DNA of 64,000 bases from Phycisphaerae bacterium (GTDB lineage Bacteria; Planctomycetota; Phycisphaerae; UBA1845): NCBI GenBank assembly GCA_035528995.1, contig DATKXO010000110.1, positions 13,885 to 77,884 on the forward strand, written 5' to 3'. The notes under the pieces were generated by a model, which was given only the letters and a program-made list of their open reading frames with translations, did no database searches and was not told the origin of the DNA. The first letter of the stretch is position 1, and every line of letters starts with the position of its first letter. Below, piece after piece: positions 34,971 through 44,895 of the stretch. A program made the translations under genes and the position numbers.

Positions 34971-35640
34971 CGCACCTCCAACTGATCGGGAGCGGACATC
35001 ATAGGGGCCGTGATGTCCGTTGAACATCCAGAGAGGGGCATCGGTCGGGCGGTCCGAGGCTCGCTCGGTGGTCGCCGGCATGCGGGTCGCCGCGTTCGTG
35101 GCCGGGCGGCGAGACACGGGGCGCCGGCCACAAAATCGGGTGGGGCATCGAGCACCAGGGGACCTCCCTACCCGGATTGACACCGGGTGACAGTCCCCGC
35201 GTTGTGGGACTGCCCTGGGTCGGACTCGAACCCGGCGCCGTGCCGCGGCTGGCGCACAAGTCGAGCCCGCCGCATGACCCTCGAATGCAACAGATCGCTC
35301 ACGGTTCGAATGGCCGTTCTGACTGCTCCACCGGTGTTCCTGCGGCAAAGGGGGCCGGCATCGTCCTATAACTTATTGTCTAGAAGAAACTTATGTTTCC
35401 TCCCCTCGCTGAGAGCCCCCCATGTGCCGTCGGTCATGCTGGCGGCGAGCGCTACCGGATTGCCTGGACGCCCCGTTGTGGGCGCGGCGCTCGACTGGGG
35501 AACAGGGGCAAAATGTTCAAGCCTTCGCCGGTCGGCCGCCGATAGCGCTCTGATAATCGGGGGTGTGTCAGCGCGAACAGCGCGCGGCTCAAGGTGCCGC
35601 TAAACCGTGTGGCGGATTGGGTTTTTTGGGAATTTCGGTG

Positions 35641-35668
35641 TTGACTTGAAGACGCCAGGTTCTACAAT
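35641..35668 (+). promoter_or_regulatory. Near-consensus sigma70 promoter (TTGACT-16 nt-TACAAT) with an upstream T-run
   Basis: -35 at 35641-35646, -10 at 35663-35668, preceded by GGGTTTTTTGGGAATTT. The next downstream gene on this strand starts at 36049. Confidence 0.55.
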
Positions 35669-36048
35669 TCGCCCGCGTTAGATAGGCCCGTGCTCGACGG
35701 GGCCTTGGCTCGTCGAGCGTGGCGGTGAACGTACAGGGAGGCAGGTCGACTGAGTTGGGCGCGTGATCGGTTCGACTGAGGCCGCCAAATCGAAAGTAGA
35801 GCGTATAGTACCGGACTCGTAGACAACGGGGCGCACGCCAGGTGAACCGCGCGGCTTGACGCGTGGGACGGGTTGATGCGTGCCGACGGTACGTTCAGGC
35901 ATGTACAGGGGGGTTTTGCCGGAGAATGACGACCGTCCATACCAGGGACGGCGAGATGGATATTTGCGGGTGACAAGCGGTCGATTGGGTTTTGAATGCA
36001 GCGTGACGCGGATCACGCCAAGACATTAAACACTGGAGGTTACGGATA

Positions 36049-38850
36049 ATGCAAGGGTTACTGGAACGAATGGAAGCGGGAACGCCTCGTATCTGGCTGC
36101 GCAGGCTCCTGCAGGTCGGTTTGGTTGCGAGTGTGGCGGCGTTCTTCGCCCTCGTGCCCGGCTGCCCGTCCGCCGGCGGCGGTGGCGGCGGGGCCGAGTG
36201 CGCGGCGGCGGGTGAGGAGTGTGCTGTCGATGGCGACTGCTGCGAAGGCTTGGTTTGCGGCGCGGACGACCTCTGTGCCGTCGAGGAAGCCCCCGAGTGC
36301 GTGACGGACGACGATTGCGACGCGGGCTTCGAATGCGTGGCCGGCGAGTGCGTCGAGATCGTCGTGGATCTCTGCGAGGGGGTGGTGTGCGACGAGGGCT
36401 TCGAATGCGTGGACGGCGAGTGCGTCGAGATCGTCGTCGATCTGTGCGCCGGCGTGGAGTGCGACGAGGGCTCCGAGTGCGATCCTGAAACGGGCGAGTG
36501 CGTGGAGATCGTCGTCGATCTGTGCGAGGGCGTGGAGTGCGACGAGGGCTCCGAGTGCGATCCTGAAACCGGCGAGTGCGTGGAGATCCCCGCCGATCTG
36601 TGCGAGGGCGTGGTCTGCGACGAGGGCTCCGAGTGCGATCCTGTAACGGGCGAGTGCGTGGAGATCGTCGTCGATCTGTGCGAGGGCGTGGTGTGCGACG
36701 AGGGCTTCGAGTGCGATCCTGAAACGGGCGGGTGCGTGGAGATCGTCGTCGAGCTGTGCGTCGACGATGCGGACTGCGACAACCTTCTGTGGTGCGACGG
36801 TGAAGAAACGTGCGGCGAGGACGGCCTCTGCGTGCCGGGTGACCCGCCCTGCGATCCGGACACCGAGATCTGCGACGAGGACACCCAGGACTGCACGGCG
36901 ATTGGCGTGGGTCAGACGTACAACTTCACCACCCTGATAGACGACCTGACCGGGACCGGTCTTGACGATACTTTCAGGGGCGTAACTGCCGCTGGGGCCA
37001 CGGCGACGCTGACGGCAGGCGACGCGGCCAACGGCGGCGCGGGCATGGACACCCTGAAAGTATTCCTCACCGATGCGGATCTCGGGGTCGGGATTTCCAT
37101 CGACAACGTCGAATGGGTCTTCGTCCAGAACACGACGGGCACGGCTCGATCGGTCAGTGTGCTGGGTTGGACGGGTGTCGACGAGCTCTGGTCGGATAGC
37201 AGCCTGGGGGCAATTACCTTTACCGGGATGGCCGAACTCGCGGCCGTCGGCCTCCTCGACACGGACCAGAATGTCACCGCCACGTTCAACAGCACGGCCC
37301 TAACCGGCACCGGCGCGACCGCCGACACCGTAACCGTGATGTTGGACGGTGCCCAGAATGGCGCTGACATTGTGATCGGCTCCACCAATGCGACGGACGG
37401 CGTCGAGACGATCGTCCTCGACTCGGGCGGGACCGTCGCCAACCGGATTGATGGCCTTGATGACAGTGGCGCAAACGATTTCACCACCCTGACCATCACC
37501 GGCGATCAGGACCTGAGGATTGACGGGCCGATTGGCACGAGCGTGAAAACGGTCAACGCCGAGGCCTTGGCCGGCGCTGCCGACGTGAGTGTTGCCGGTC
37601 TGACCGCGTTCGCCTTCACTGGTACCGATCTGGATGACACCATTCGGGCGACCAACATCGGTGCCACGGACACGATCAACGGCGGGGACGGGACCGACAG
37701 CCTTATCGTCTCGGGCACGTTTGGCACCACTACCATTACCGGCGTGGAGAATCTCACGCTGCAACCCACCCTGGCGACCCCGGCGTTTAACCTCACCAAC
37801 GCCCAGGCCATCACGAACGTGACGATCGAGCCGACCGTTGCCCTGACGAGCCTCAGCGGTTCCGGATTGCCTCCGAACACGACGATCACGGTTGACACCA
37901 ACCTGGCGGTGGCACTCCCAGGCGCCGGTTCGGCTTTCACGCTGGCCACTCCCCTCGGGCCAGCAGATAGCCTTGCCTTCGTGTTCACGGGCAACACCGT
38001 TGCTACGATCACCGGGAGCGCATTGTTTACACTGGCGGGGTTTGAGTCCGCCAGCTTGACGTTCAATAACACCGGGGGGACGACCTTCCCCGCCGGCGGG
38101 GCGTTGTTCACCGATGCCGGGAACACCCTCAAGGAGCTTACGCTGGCAGGCTCCGGAGCGGTCAACGTTTCGGCGCTCGCTCTGTTGAACAGTAGCACGG
38201 TGTTTGACAACGTGGATGCGACCGGTGTAACGGGGGCGTTCACAACTGCCGCCGCGAACTTCCCTGGTACCATAATGAGCATCGATTGTGGTGGCGGTAA
38301 CGACGTGATCATCACCGGCGCCGGCCCCACTACCGTGAACGGCAATGGGGGCAACGACACCATCACGGGTGGAGCAGGTGCCGATACCATCGGCGGTGGC
38401 GCCGGCAACGACACCATCATTGGTGGAAATGGCATTGACACCCTCACTGGCGGAACCGGGGTGGACACGTTCGCCTTCAACGGGATCATCCTGGCTGCCA
38501 ATGCGAACAACATCCAGGACTTCGTGGGTGGTGCCGGTGGCGACGTGATGACGTTTGCCAATGCATCGATTACTGAGTGTGCCGCGGCGGCTACTGTTGC
38601 GTTCGTCGCCGGCGGTGTTGCCAACGCTAACCTGACGGTTGCCGTTGACAACGTGATCATCCGTGACACGGCCGCCAACATCTTGCTGACCACGCCCGCA
38701 GCCGGGGCTCAGAACGTGATTGGTATTGCCACCGATACGGGCGATATCTATTACGGCGCTGGCGGCACCTTTGCTGGTGCCCCGGTCATCGGGAACATCA
38801 CGGCTTTAGAGGTTGCGAGTTTGGTCGCTGCGAACATCGTGATCCAGTAG
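36049..38850 (+). CDS. Large surface protein: signal/lipobox, Cys-rich tandem repeats, beta-strand-rich middle and C-terminal RTX (GGxGxD) repeats. S-layer/adhesin candidate.
   Basis: GGAGG lies 9 nt before the ATG. N-terminus LVASVAAFFALVPGC. Repeats C-E-G-V-x-C-D-E-G-x-E-C-D-P-E-T-G-E-C-V-E-I-V-V-D-L. RTX block GGNDVIITG...GGNDTITGGAGADTIGGGAGNDTIIGGNGIDTLTGGTGVDTFAF at about 38288-38481. Confidence 0.8.
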   Translation: MQGLLERMEAGTPRIWLRRLLQVGLVASVAAFFALVPGCPSAGGGGGGAECAAAGEECAVDGDCCEGLVCGADDLCAVEEAPECVTDDDCDAGFECVAGECVEIVVDLCEGVVCDEGFECVDGECVEIVVDLCAGVECDEGSECDPETGECVEIVVDLCEGVECDEGSECDPETGECVEIPADLCEGVVCDEGSECDPVTGECVEIVVDLCEGVVCDEGFECDPETGGCVEIVVELCVDDADCDNLLWCDGEETCGEDGLCVPGDPPCDPDTEICDEDTQDCTAIGVGQTYNFTTLIDDLTGTGLDDTFRGVTAAGATATLTAGDAANGGAGMDTLKVFLTDADLGVGISIDNVEWVFVQNTTGTARSVSVLGWTGVDELWSDSSLGAITFTGMAELAAVGLLDTDQNVTATFNSTALTGTGATADTVTVMLDGAQNGADIVIGSTNATDGVETIVLDSGGTVANRIDGLDDSGANDFTTLTITGDQDLRIDGPIGTSVKTVNAEALAGAADVSVAGLTAFAFTGTDLDDTIRATNIGATDTINGGDGTDSLIVSGTFGTTTITGVENLTLQPTLATPAFNLTNAQAITNVTIEPTVALTSLSGSGLPPNTTITVDTNLAVALPGAGSAFTLATPLGPADSLAFVFTGNTVATITGSALFTLAGFESASLTFNNTGGTTFPAGGALFTDAGNTLKELTLAGSGAVNVSALALLNSSTVFDNVDATGVTGAFTTAAANFPGTIMSIDCGGGNDVIITGAGPTTVNGNGGNDTITGGAGADTIGGGAGNDTIIGGNGIDTLTGGTGVDTFAFNGIILAANANNIQDFVGGAGGDVMTFANASITECAAAATVAFVAGGVANANLTVAVDNVIIRDTAANILLTTPAAGAQNVIGIATDTGDIYYGAGGTFAGAPVIGNITALEVASLVAANIVIQ
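36346..36760 (+). repeat. Coding tandem repeat array, about 5.4 copies of a 72-78 nt unit (24-26 aa Cys-rich module)
   Basis: Units start with GAGTGCGT(C/G)GAGATC at 36346, 36418, 36496, 36574 and 36652. A degenerate copy starts at 36730. Confidence 0.85.
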
Positions 38851-38894
38851 CATAGGGTCGGCCCGGACGGCCGGCTGAATCCAACCTGAACCTT

Positions 38895-38933
38895 GGGGCC
38901 CGGTGGCCAAAACCATCGGGCCCCATTTGTGTG
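38895..38933 (+). terminator. Rho-independent terminator of the surface-protein gene
   Basis: GGGGCCCGGTGG-ccaaaa-CCATCGGGCCCC forms a 12-bp stem with one G-U pair, followed by ATTTGTGTG. Confidence 0.65.
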
Positions 38934-39315
38934 GGTGAAGGTTTTTGGGTCCGTGGTGTGCCGGGATGGCTATCTCGACACCACCGTTGTGCGGGATTCC
39001 GATCGCCTGTGGCGTCGCGGGAAAGGATTCCCCTGGGTGAAGGTGCGAGACAGGCTCCACGCACCAGTGGGCAAGGGTTCTCGCACCAGCGGTTGAAATC
39101 GGCTGGGATGGGTCGGCCCTGGATGGTCCGCTTGATGAGGTCGAAGCTCGGCAGGGCAGCGAATGGCAATCCCACCGCTGGTGGCTAGGTCGAGATCCGC
39201 AGACTTGCACCAGCAGGGGAACTTACGCGCCGGCAAGGGCATCCACGCGCCAGGACGGGCGAGGGGCGACGAAGACGTTCGCCCCTGGTCTACGAAGCGA
39301 TGTGAGTAGACGACA

Positions 39316-40242
39316 CTACGTCGAGGCTGGCTCGGCCAGGGCTTGTTGGATGGCCTTGGCGATCATGGCGTAGACGGAGCTGGGGATCAGGTCGATCTTC
39401 AGAATCAGGGCCAGCTCTTCCACGTCGCCCTCGATCTCGCCGAGAATCCTGGCCAACACCTCCAGCTCGATGCCGGCGATCTGCGTGGCCTCGGTGCAGA
39501 CGTCGGCCACCTGCTCGATGTCGGGAATCTCGCAGAGCAGCTTGGCGACCCGGTCGGCGGCGTTGATCAGCCGGGCGTACACGTCGGCCGGCTCCTTGCC
39601 GCCCAGGGTCGCGACCTGATGACAGTTGACCGCGGTACAGATGTGCTCGGGCAGTCCCCAGTGACCCAGCACCATTGCGGAGACTTCGGCGTGCGTGGCC
39701 TCGACTGCTTCGAGTTCCTCCTGGTCGGTGAACGGCCTGCCGTGCGGTATGTAGCGTGAGGCGATCGGTCCGTACTGGTCCGGGAATGCCTGGGTCAGCA
39801 CGGGAATGCCGACGTCGGCCAGAAGGGCACAGACGAAGACCTCGTCGCGAACCCGTGGGATGACCACGTCGGCGAACCGGGCGCTGAGCACGGCCGTGGC
39901 CAGCGACCGTCGCCAGAAGTAGCCGCCGTCCAGGCCGGGGATCGACCGGCCGCCCATGGCCTCGATCAGGTACCGCCCCAGCACCAGCGAGCGGGTGCGC
40001 TTGGGCCCCAGCAACGTCAGGCTCTGGTGCAGCGAGGTGATCTTTCGGGCCACGCTGAACAACGCCGAGTTGACCAGCCGCAGGATCTCGCTGACCGTTC
40101 CGGGGTCCGCGGAGAGGAGCTTGGCCAGTTCGGCGTACTCGAAATCGGGATCCTGGATCACCTCGAGGAAACGCGTGACCACTTGAGGGACGGACGGCAC
40201 GGCGGCCGACCGCTTCACGGCGTCGAGCACTTTGGCGTTCAT
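39316..40242 (-). CDS. HDOD-domain signalling protein
   Basis: MNAKVLDAVKRSAAVPSVPQVVTRFLEVIQDPDFEYAELAKLLSADPGTVSEILRLVNSALF is a typical HDOD N-terminus. SD GGGAGA lies before the ATG at 40242. Confidence 0.8.
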   Translation of the reverse strand: MNAKVLDAVKRSAAVPSVPQVVTRFLEVIQDPDFEYAELAKLLSADPGTVSEILRLVNSALFSVARKITSLHQSLTLLGPKRTRSLVLGRYLIEAMGGRSIPGLDGGYFWRRSLATAVLSARFADVVIPRVRDEVFVCALLADVGIPVLTQAFPDQYGPIASRYIPHGRPFTDQEELEAVEATHAEVSAMVLGHWGLPEHICTAVNCHQVATLGGKEPADVYARLINAADRVAKLLCEIPDIEQVADVCTEATQIAGIELEVLARILGEIEGDVEELALILKIDLIPSSVYAMIAKAIQQALAEPAST

Positions 40243-40415
40243 GGACGTCTCCCGTGACGAACACAATCCCCCGACCTGCGTTCCCCGCTTGGTGTCATCG
40301 GTGGATCGAGCCTCGCAGTGAAGCCCTTTCAGCCCACTTTGGTCCGCTAATCGTCGGCGCCGGGCTCCGGGCGGTACCGCCGCGCCGGCAGCGGGCCGGG
40401 CCCGGCCGTGCCGGC

Positions 40416-43106
40416 CTACGGTGCGGTCAGCTCGATGATGTGGCTGCGCGGGCCGTCCACCTCGCGGAGGCCCAGGCGGACCGTGCGTCCGGCCAGTGCC
40501 GTGGCGCCCTGGAAGCGGTATTCGGCCGTCAGAGTCTCCCCGGGGGCCAGTGCGGGGATGACGCGGAACTGGCGGCTTCGTCCCGGTGCGGTGGCGAAGC
40601 TGCGCAGGCTCAACGGTTCTGACGTGCGATTGGTGATGCCATGCCGCAGGACCAGACGTTCACCCTCCCAGAACGCGAAGCCCCAGACGTCCACGTTGCG
40701 AATGCCCAGTTCGAGGGTCAGGGGAATCTCCACGTGGCAGGCGGGGTCGGTCTCGAAATCGACGACGGCCACGATCCGCTTGACGCCGGCCGGCTCGGTC
40801 TGCCCGTAGCGGAAACGCACGGGCTGCTCGAGCTGCCCACGCGGCGGCAGGCGCAGGCCGAACTGCTGGGGCCGGACTTCCCAGCCCGTGGGCGCGACCA
40901 GCGTCACCCGGCCGGTCAGCGCGTTCTTGCCCCCGTTGCTCAACCGGATGGTGTGGGTCTGCGGCAACAGGCTGTGCTCGACCTTGGCCGGCACGAGTTC
41001 GGCGGAGGCGACGAACTCGACCAGCCACCGCCCCACCTGGTCCACGAACACCGGCTGCGGGAAGAGGCGTACCCGGCGCCGCCCGTCGCTGCCCTCGGCC
41101 AGGGGGGTGACCCGCCCGAACAGGTCAATCTGACGCCGGGCCGAGCCGAGCTGGAGTTCGTGGGTGCGCCCTTCCGGCGGCGCCGAAGGGTCCCACAGGG
41201 CCAGAACGCTCTGGTCGGCATCATAGAAGGCCAGGGCCACGACGCCGTCGGCGAGTTCGAGACTCGGTCCGGGCGTCAGGTCGCGCAGCAGATCGACAAT
41301 CGTGCGGTAGACGATGAAGGTCTCATCCGGTTCGGCCACCGGCCCGTTGACCGTTTGTCTGGTGCGCCACAACTGTGGCACGAAGGCCGTGTCCACGGCG
41401 GCATGTCGGGTGCGGATGATGCGCTCGGCGAACGTTCCCAGCCACGGGATGCGGGCATACTCCCCCGGCCGGGCGATCTCCACGTAGGCCGATACGCGGT
41501 CGTAGTTCAGTCGGCGATGACCCTTGACGTAGGGCCCGATCCAGTCGCCGTGAATCTCTGACCCGATACGCAGGGTGATCTCCTCGGCCGGCAGGGCCTG
41601 GTCGCCGGGGGCGTTGGATACGTCGCCCGGGACGACCAGCGACACGGTGTTGACCAGGGGAATCATCTCTCGCCGCACCTGCTGCAACACGCCGGGCAGC
41701 GCCGGGTCGTTGAAGGTCTGCCGGTCTCCGTCGGCCCCGATCTGCCAGGTCCGAAACACGCTGACATAGGGAGCGACCACGGCCTCGAGGTGCGGCTGCC
41801 AACCCGCCGGATCGTCGCCCAGGATGTCCAGCAGCGTCCGGGCGTAGCGACCGGCGCTCTGGACCAGGCCGGCCGGCGGTGCCCCCAGCACCCCGGTCAG
41901 CGCCACGCGGGTCTTGACCAGATCGTGCAACAGGCGGTCGGGATCCAGGGTTTGTGGCCCGGCGGGCTCGCCCGGGCCCGTCCGCGACCACACCGGATAC
42001 TTGACCGCTCCCACCGACAGGGCCGACAGAAAGGAGAACTCGGTCTCCGGATCAGTGCGATGATCCGCGTCGAGCACGACACCGAAAGGCCTGGCCACGC
42101 CGGCGCTCCGATTGTGTTCGGCGCTGAGGTAGGCGAACCGAAGACGTCGGGTGACGGCGACCTCCTGACCGGTCCGGATGTCCAACTGCGAGTGGTACAG
42201 CCCGGGTCCCAGATCGGTCAGTGGTACGCTGACCGGCTCGGGCCGGCCGGTGGTCTGGATGGGAATAGCCGTCTCGTGGACCAGGCGCCCGTCGGAGGAC
42301 CAGACGCTGAATGTGGCCGAGAGGCCCACGGCATCGTTGTCGGCCACGGTGATCTTCAGCACCGCCGGGTCGGGCTCGACGAAAAGGTTCGACGGATTCG
42401 AGGTGGCCAGCACGGCCCGCGGCAGCCGGTAGAGGGCGATGTCGTCGAACCAGGCGCCGGCGTCGAGGTCCTGCGGCTCGATGTGGCGGTGCGGTCGAGG
42501 CGTGTGGTCCCACACCTCGCGTTGCACCACCCAGGCGGTCAGCCCGATGGTTCTGGCCTGCGGCGGGCCGGCCGGCAGGTGGATCTCCACACGCTGCCAT
42601 TCCTGGTCCGAATCCGCCCGCCCCGTGTCGCCCACCAGTCGGCCGAACTCCTGCGTGCCCGCGATGGGCAGGCCCCGGTGGTCCAGATAGTATGCGCTGA
42701 GGCAAGCCCGGGCCTGGGCCAGGTGGTCGGGACGGATCCAGCCGACGATCAGGTACTCGCTGTTGGGTCGCACCTGGGTGGCCGGTCCGCGATACCACAG
42801 AGCCACGTTCCGGCCATTGGTGCTCAGGTGCAGGGACGGCGGTGCCGTACGGCCGAAGTTCTCGTCGAACCGCCCGTCGGCGAAATGCGGGAAGAGCTTC
42901 CCTTCCAGCCGGTCCCAGTGCATGGGCGCCGGTTCGTAGTTGCCCAGACTCCGCTCGTCGAAGTCGAAACGGTGCACCACGCGGCGCAGTTGCAGCGACC
43001 GATCGGCGTCATCGGGCGACTGAGCGGCGCAAAGGTGCGCTCCGCAGGCCAGCCACGCCGCAAACGCGGCCGTGCAAGCCGGTAGAGCCCGGAAGCGCAG
43101 ACCCAT
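40416..43106 (-). CDS. Large secreted hypothetical protein (about 896 aa) with an N-terminal jelly-roll/CBM-like region
   Basis: Signal MGLRFRALPACTAAFAAWLACGAHLCAAQ. Coding-like composition throughout. No catalytic motif recognised. The start is uncertain (alternative ATG about 27 nt upstream; the track ORF extends to 43343). Confidence 0.6.
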   Translation of the reverse strand: MGLRFRALPACTAAFAAWLACGAHLCAAQSPDDADRSLQLRRVVHRFDFDERSLGNYEPAPMHWDRLEGKLFPHFADGRFDENFGRTAPPSLHLSTNGRNVALWYRGPATQVRPNSEYLIVGWIRPDHLAQARACLSAYYLDHRGLPIAGTQEFGRLVGDTGRADSDQEWQRVEIHLPAGPPQARTIGLTAWVVQREVWDHTPRPHRHIEPQDLDAGAWFDDIALYRLPRAVLATSNPSNLFVEPDPAVLKITVADNDAVGLSATFSVWSSDGRLVHETAIPIQTTGRPEPVSVPLTDLGPGLYHSQLDIRTGQEVAVTRRLRFAYLSAEHNRSAGVARPFGVVLDADHRTDPETEFSFLSALSVGAVKYPVWSRTGPGEPAGPQTLDPDRLLHDLVKTRVALTGVLGAPPAGLVQSAGRYARTLLDILGDDPAGWQPHLEAVVAPYVSVFRTWQIGADGDRQTFNDPALPGVLQQVRREMIPLVNTVSLVVPGDVSNAPGDQALPAEEITLRIGSEIHGDWIGPYVKGHRRLNYDRVSAYVEIARPGEYARIPWLGTFAERIIRTRHAAVDTAFVPQLWRTRQTVNGPVAEPDETFIVYRTIVDLLRDLTPGPSLELADGVVALAFYDADQSVLALWDPSAPPEGRTHELQLGSARRQIDLFGRVTPLAEGSDGRRRVRLFPQPVFVDQVGRWLVEFVASAELVPAKVEHSLLPQTHTIRLSNGGKNALTGRVTLVAPTGWEVRPQQFGLRLPPRGQLEQPVRFRYGQTEPAGVKRIVAVVDFETDPACHVEIPLTLELGIRNVDVWGFAFWEGERLVLRHGITNRTSEPLSLRSFATAPGRSRQFRVIPALAPGETLTAEYRFQGATALAGRTVRLGLREVDGPRSHIIELTAP

Positions 43107-43224
43107 AGCGCGCCATGTTCGTCCGCACGGTGCCATTATCGGTGTTATCGGCGGACGGCGCTCCCGGATGGAGTGGGGCCTCGATTGTTGCCCGTCCGGT
43201 AACCGCGTACACTCCACGACTATC

Positions 43225-44886
43225 ATGAACAATCTGTACGATACGCGGCGATACCTGACGAACTTCGAAGTTTCACGGGTGGGGCACCTGCTCACCGACG
43301 TGCTCGTCGTCGGTGGCGGCGTCGGCGGTGCCCGGGCCGCCATCGAGTCCGCCGCCTACGGCGACGTGATCCTCATCGCCAAACAGGGGGCCGAAGACTC
43401 GAACACCCTGAGGGCCCAGGGCGGGATCGCCGTCTGCGACGCTCCGGGCGATTCCTGGCAGCAGCATCTCGAAGACACGGTGCGGGTTGGCTGCGGGCTG
43501 GTATCGCCCAGGGCCGCCGAGACGATGGTCCGCGCAGGCCCCGCCCGAGCCAAGGAACTCGTGGACTGGGGGGCGCAGTTCGACAAGGCCGGCGGGAGTT
43601 GGGCCCGGACCCGCGAGGGCGGACACGGCGTCTCTCGCATCCTCCGGGCCCAGGGCGATTCCACCGGACGCGAGATCGGCCGTGTGTTGCTCGGCAAGCT
43701 CCGCAGCCTCTCCAACGTCCGCTTCTTCGAGCAATGCTTCCTGATCGACCTCATCACGGTGGACGGACGATGCGTGGGGGCGGTGACCCATCACCAGCGC
43801 TACGGGCACCAGATGATCTGGGCCAGGCAGACCATCCTGGCCAGCGGCGGCTGCGGGCAGATCTTCCGGGAATCGACCAACTCGCCCATCGCCACGGGTG
43901 ACGGGCTGGCCGCCGCCTATCGTGCCGGGGCCATGCTGGCCGACGTGGAGATGGTCCAGTTCCACCCCACGACGTTGTACATCGCCGGCTCCACCCGGGC
44001 GCTGATCTCCGAAGCGGCCCGGGGCGAGGGAGCCTACCTGGTGGACCGTGACGGGCATCGGTTCATGCTCGAGTACCATCCCGACGGCGAACTCGCCCCC
44101 CGCGACGTGGTCAGCCGGGCCATCCGCGACCGGCTGCTCCAGACCGGCGGCACAAGCGTCTATCTGGACGTGCGGCACATCGGCCGTCAGCGCTTCGGCG
44201 AACGCTTCCCTTTCATCACCCGCCAGTGCGCGGAGTTCGGGATCGACGTCGGCAGCGACCTGATCCCGGTGAATCCCGGGGCCCACTACATGATCGGGGG
44301 GGTGGCGACCGACCTGGAAGCCCGGACGAACGTCCCGGGCCTGTTCGCCTGCGGCGAGGCGGCTTGCACCGGCGTGCATGGCGCCAACCGCCTGGCCAGC
44401 AACTCTTTGCTCGAAGGGCTGGTCTTCGGTGCCATCGCGGGCCGGACGGCCGGGCGGTCACTGGACATCGGCCCCCAGATCGGCCCTTCCAGCGGCGTCC
44501 GGAGTCAGAATCCGCCTTCACCCCGGACGACCCTGGACCTGGTGGACGTGCGGAACTCGCTTCGCAGCGTGATGTGGCGGAACGCGGGTATCGCCCGCAG
44601 CGGCGACCGCCTGCGCGAGACCGTCGAGATCATCGACTTCTGGGGTCGCTTCGTGCTGGACAAGACCTTCGACGACGCCGCAGGCTGGGAGACGCAGAAC
44701 AAGTTGTCGCTGGCTCGGTTGATGGCCCAGGCCGCCGAGCTGCGTACCGAGTCGCTGGGCGTGCATTACCGGGTGGACGCTCCGCCGGACGCGGGCCAGG
44801 TGCCGCCAACGCATCTGACCGTCACCCGCTCCGACGACGGGCCGGTGTTCGAGCGCTGCCCCGTCGAGCTGTCACCGGCCGAGTGA
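43225..44886 (+). CDS. nadB: L-aspartate oxidase
   Basis: DVLVVGGGVGGARAA, RAQGGIAV, HYMIGGVATD, LFACGEAACTGVHGANRLASNSLLEGLVFG. Confidence 0.9.
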   Translation: MNNLYDTRRYLTNFEVSRVGHLLTDVLVVGGGVGGARAAIESAAYGDVILIAKQGAEDSNTLRAQGGIAVCDAPGDSWQQHLEDTVRVGCGLVSPRAAETMVRAGPARAKELVDWGAQFDKAGGSWARTREGGHGVSRILRAQGDSTGREIGRVLLGKLRSLSNVRFFEQCFLIDLITVDGRCVGAVTHHQRYGHQMIWARQTILASGGCGQIFRESTNSPIATGDGLAAAYRAGAMLADVEMVQFHPTTLYIAGSTRALISEAARGEGAYLVDRDGHRFMLEYHPDGELAPRDVVSRAIRDRLLQTGGTSVYLDVRHIGRQRFGERFPFITRQCAEFGIDVGSDLIPVNPGAHYMIGGVATDLEARTNVPGLFACGEAACTGVHGANRLASNSLLEGLVFGAIAGRTAGRSLDIGPQIGPSSGVRSQNPPSPRTTLDLVDVRNSLRSVMWRNAGIARSGDRLRETVEIIDFWGRFVLDKTFDDAAGWETQNKLSLARLMAQAAELRTESLGVHYRVDAPPDAGQVPPTHLTVTRSDDGPVFERCPVELSPAE

Positions 44887-44895
44887 CCCGGGTTG

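Noticed and set aside
35205-35340. tRNA/tmRNA-like elements: ACTCGAA (reverse complement of a TTCGAGT T-loop) at 35224-35230, GGTTCGAAT at 35303-35311 and GCTCCACC at 35324-35331
   Set aside because: The 5-nt arms flanking the putative T-loop (GTCGG / CCCGG) do not pair. No acceptor, D or anticodon arms could be folded on either strand. The tmRNA-like 3' end has an unpaired T-stem and no matching 5' GGGG acceptor or tag ORF. At most this is a decayed remnant.
36346-36760. A regular 72-78 nt tandem array that could superficially resemble a CRISPR or satellite
   Set aside because: The units are contiguous with no unique spacers. They are in-frame and encode a conserved Cys-rich module inside a long ORF.
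35895-36896. 333-aa Ser/His/Pro-rich repeat ORF (and 36912-37499 and 37506-38693) on the minus strand
   Set aside because: These are mirror images of the coding tandem repeats and the Thr/Gly-rich region of the plus-strand surface-protein gene. They have no start context.
38851-39315. Several 60-130 aa ORFs on both strands between the surface-protein terminator and the HDOD gene. Considered as a degraded transposase.
   Set aside because: I found no recognisable transposase/integrase motif in any frame. The ORFs overlap each other with non-coding-like composition. The region is left as an unexplained spacer.
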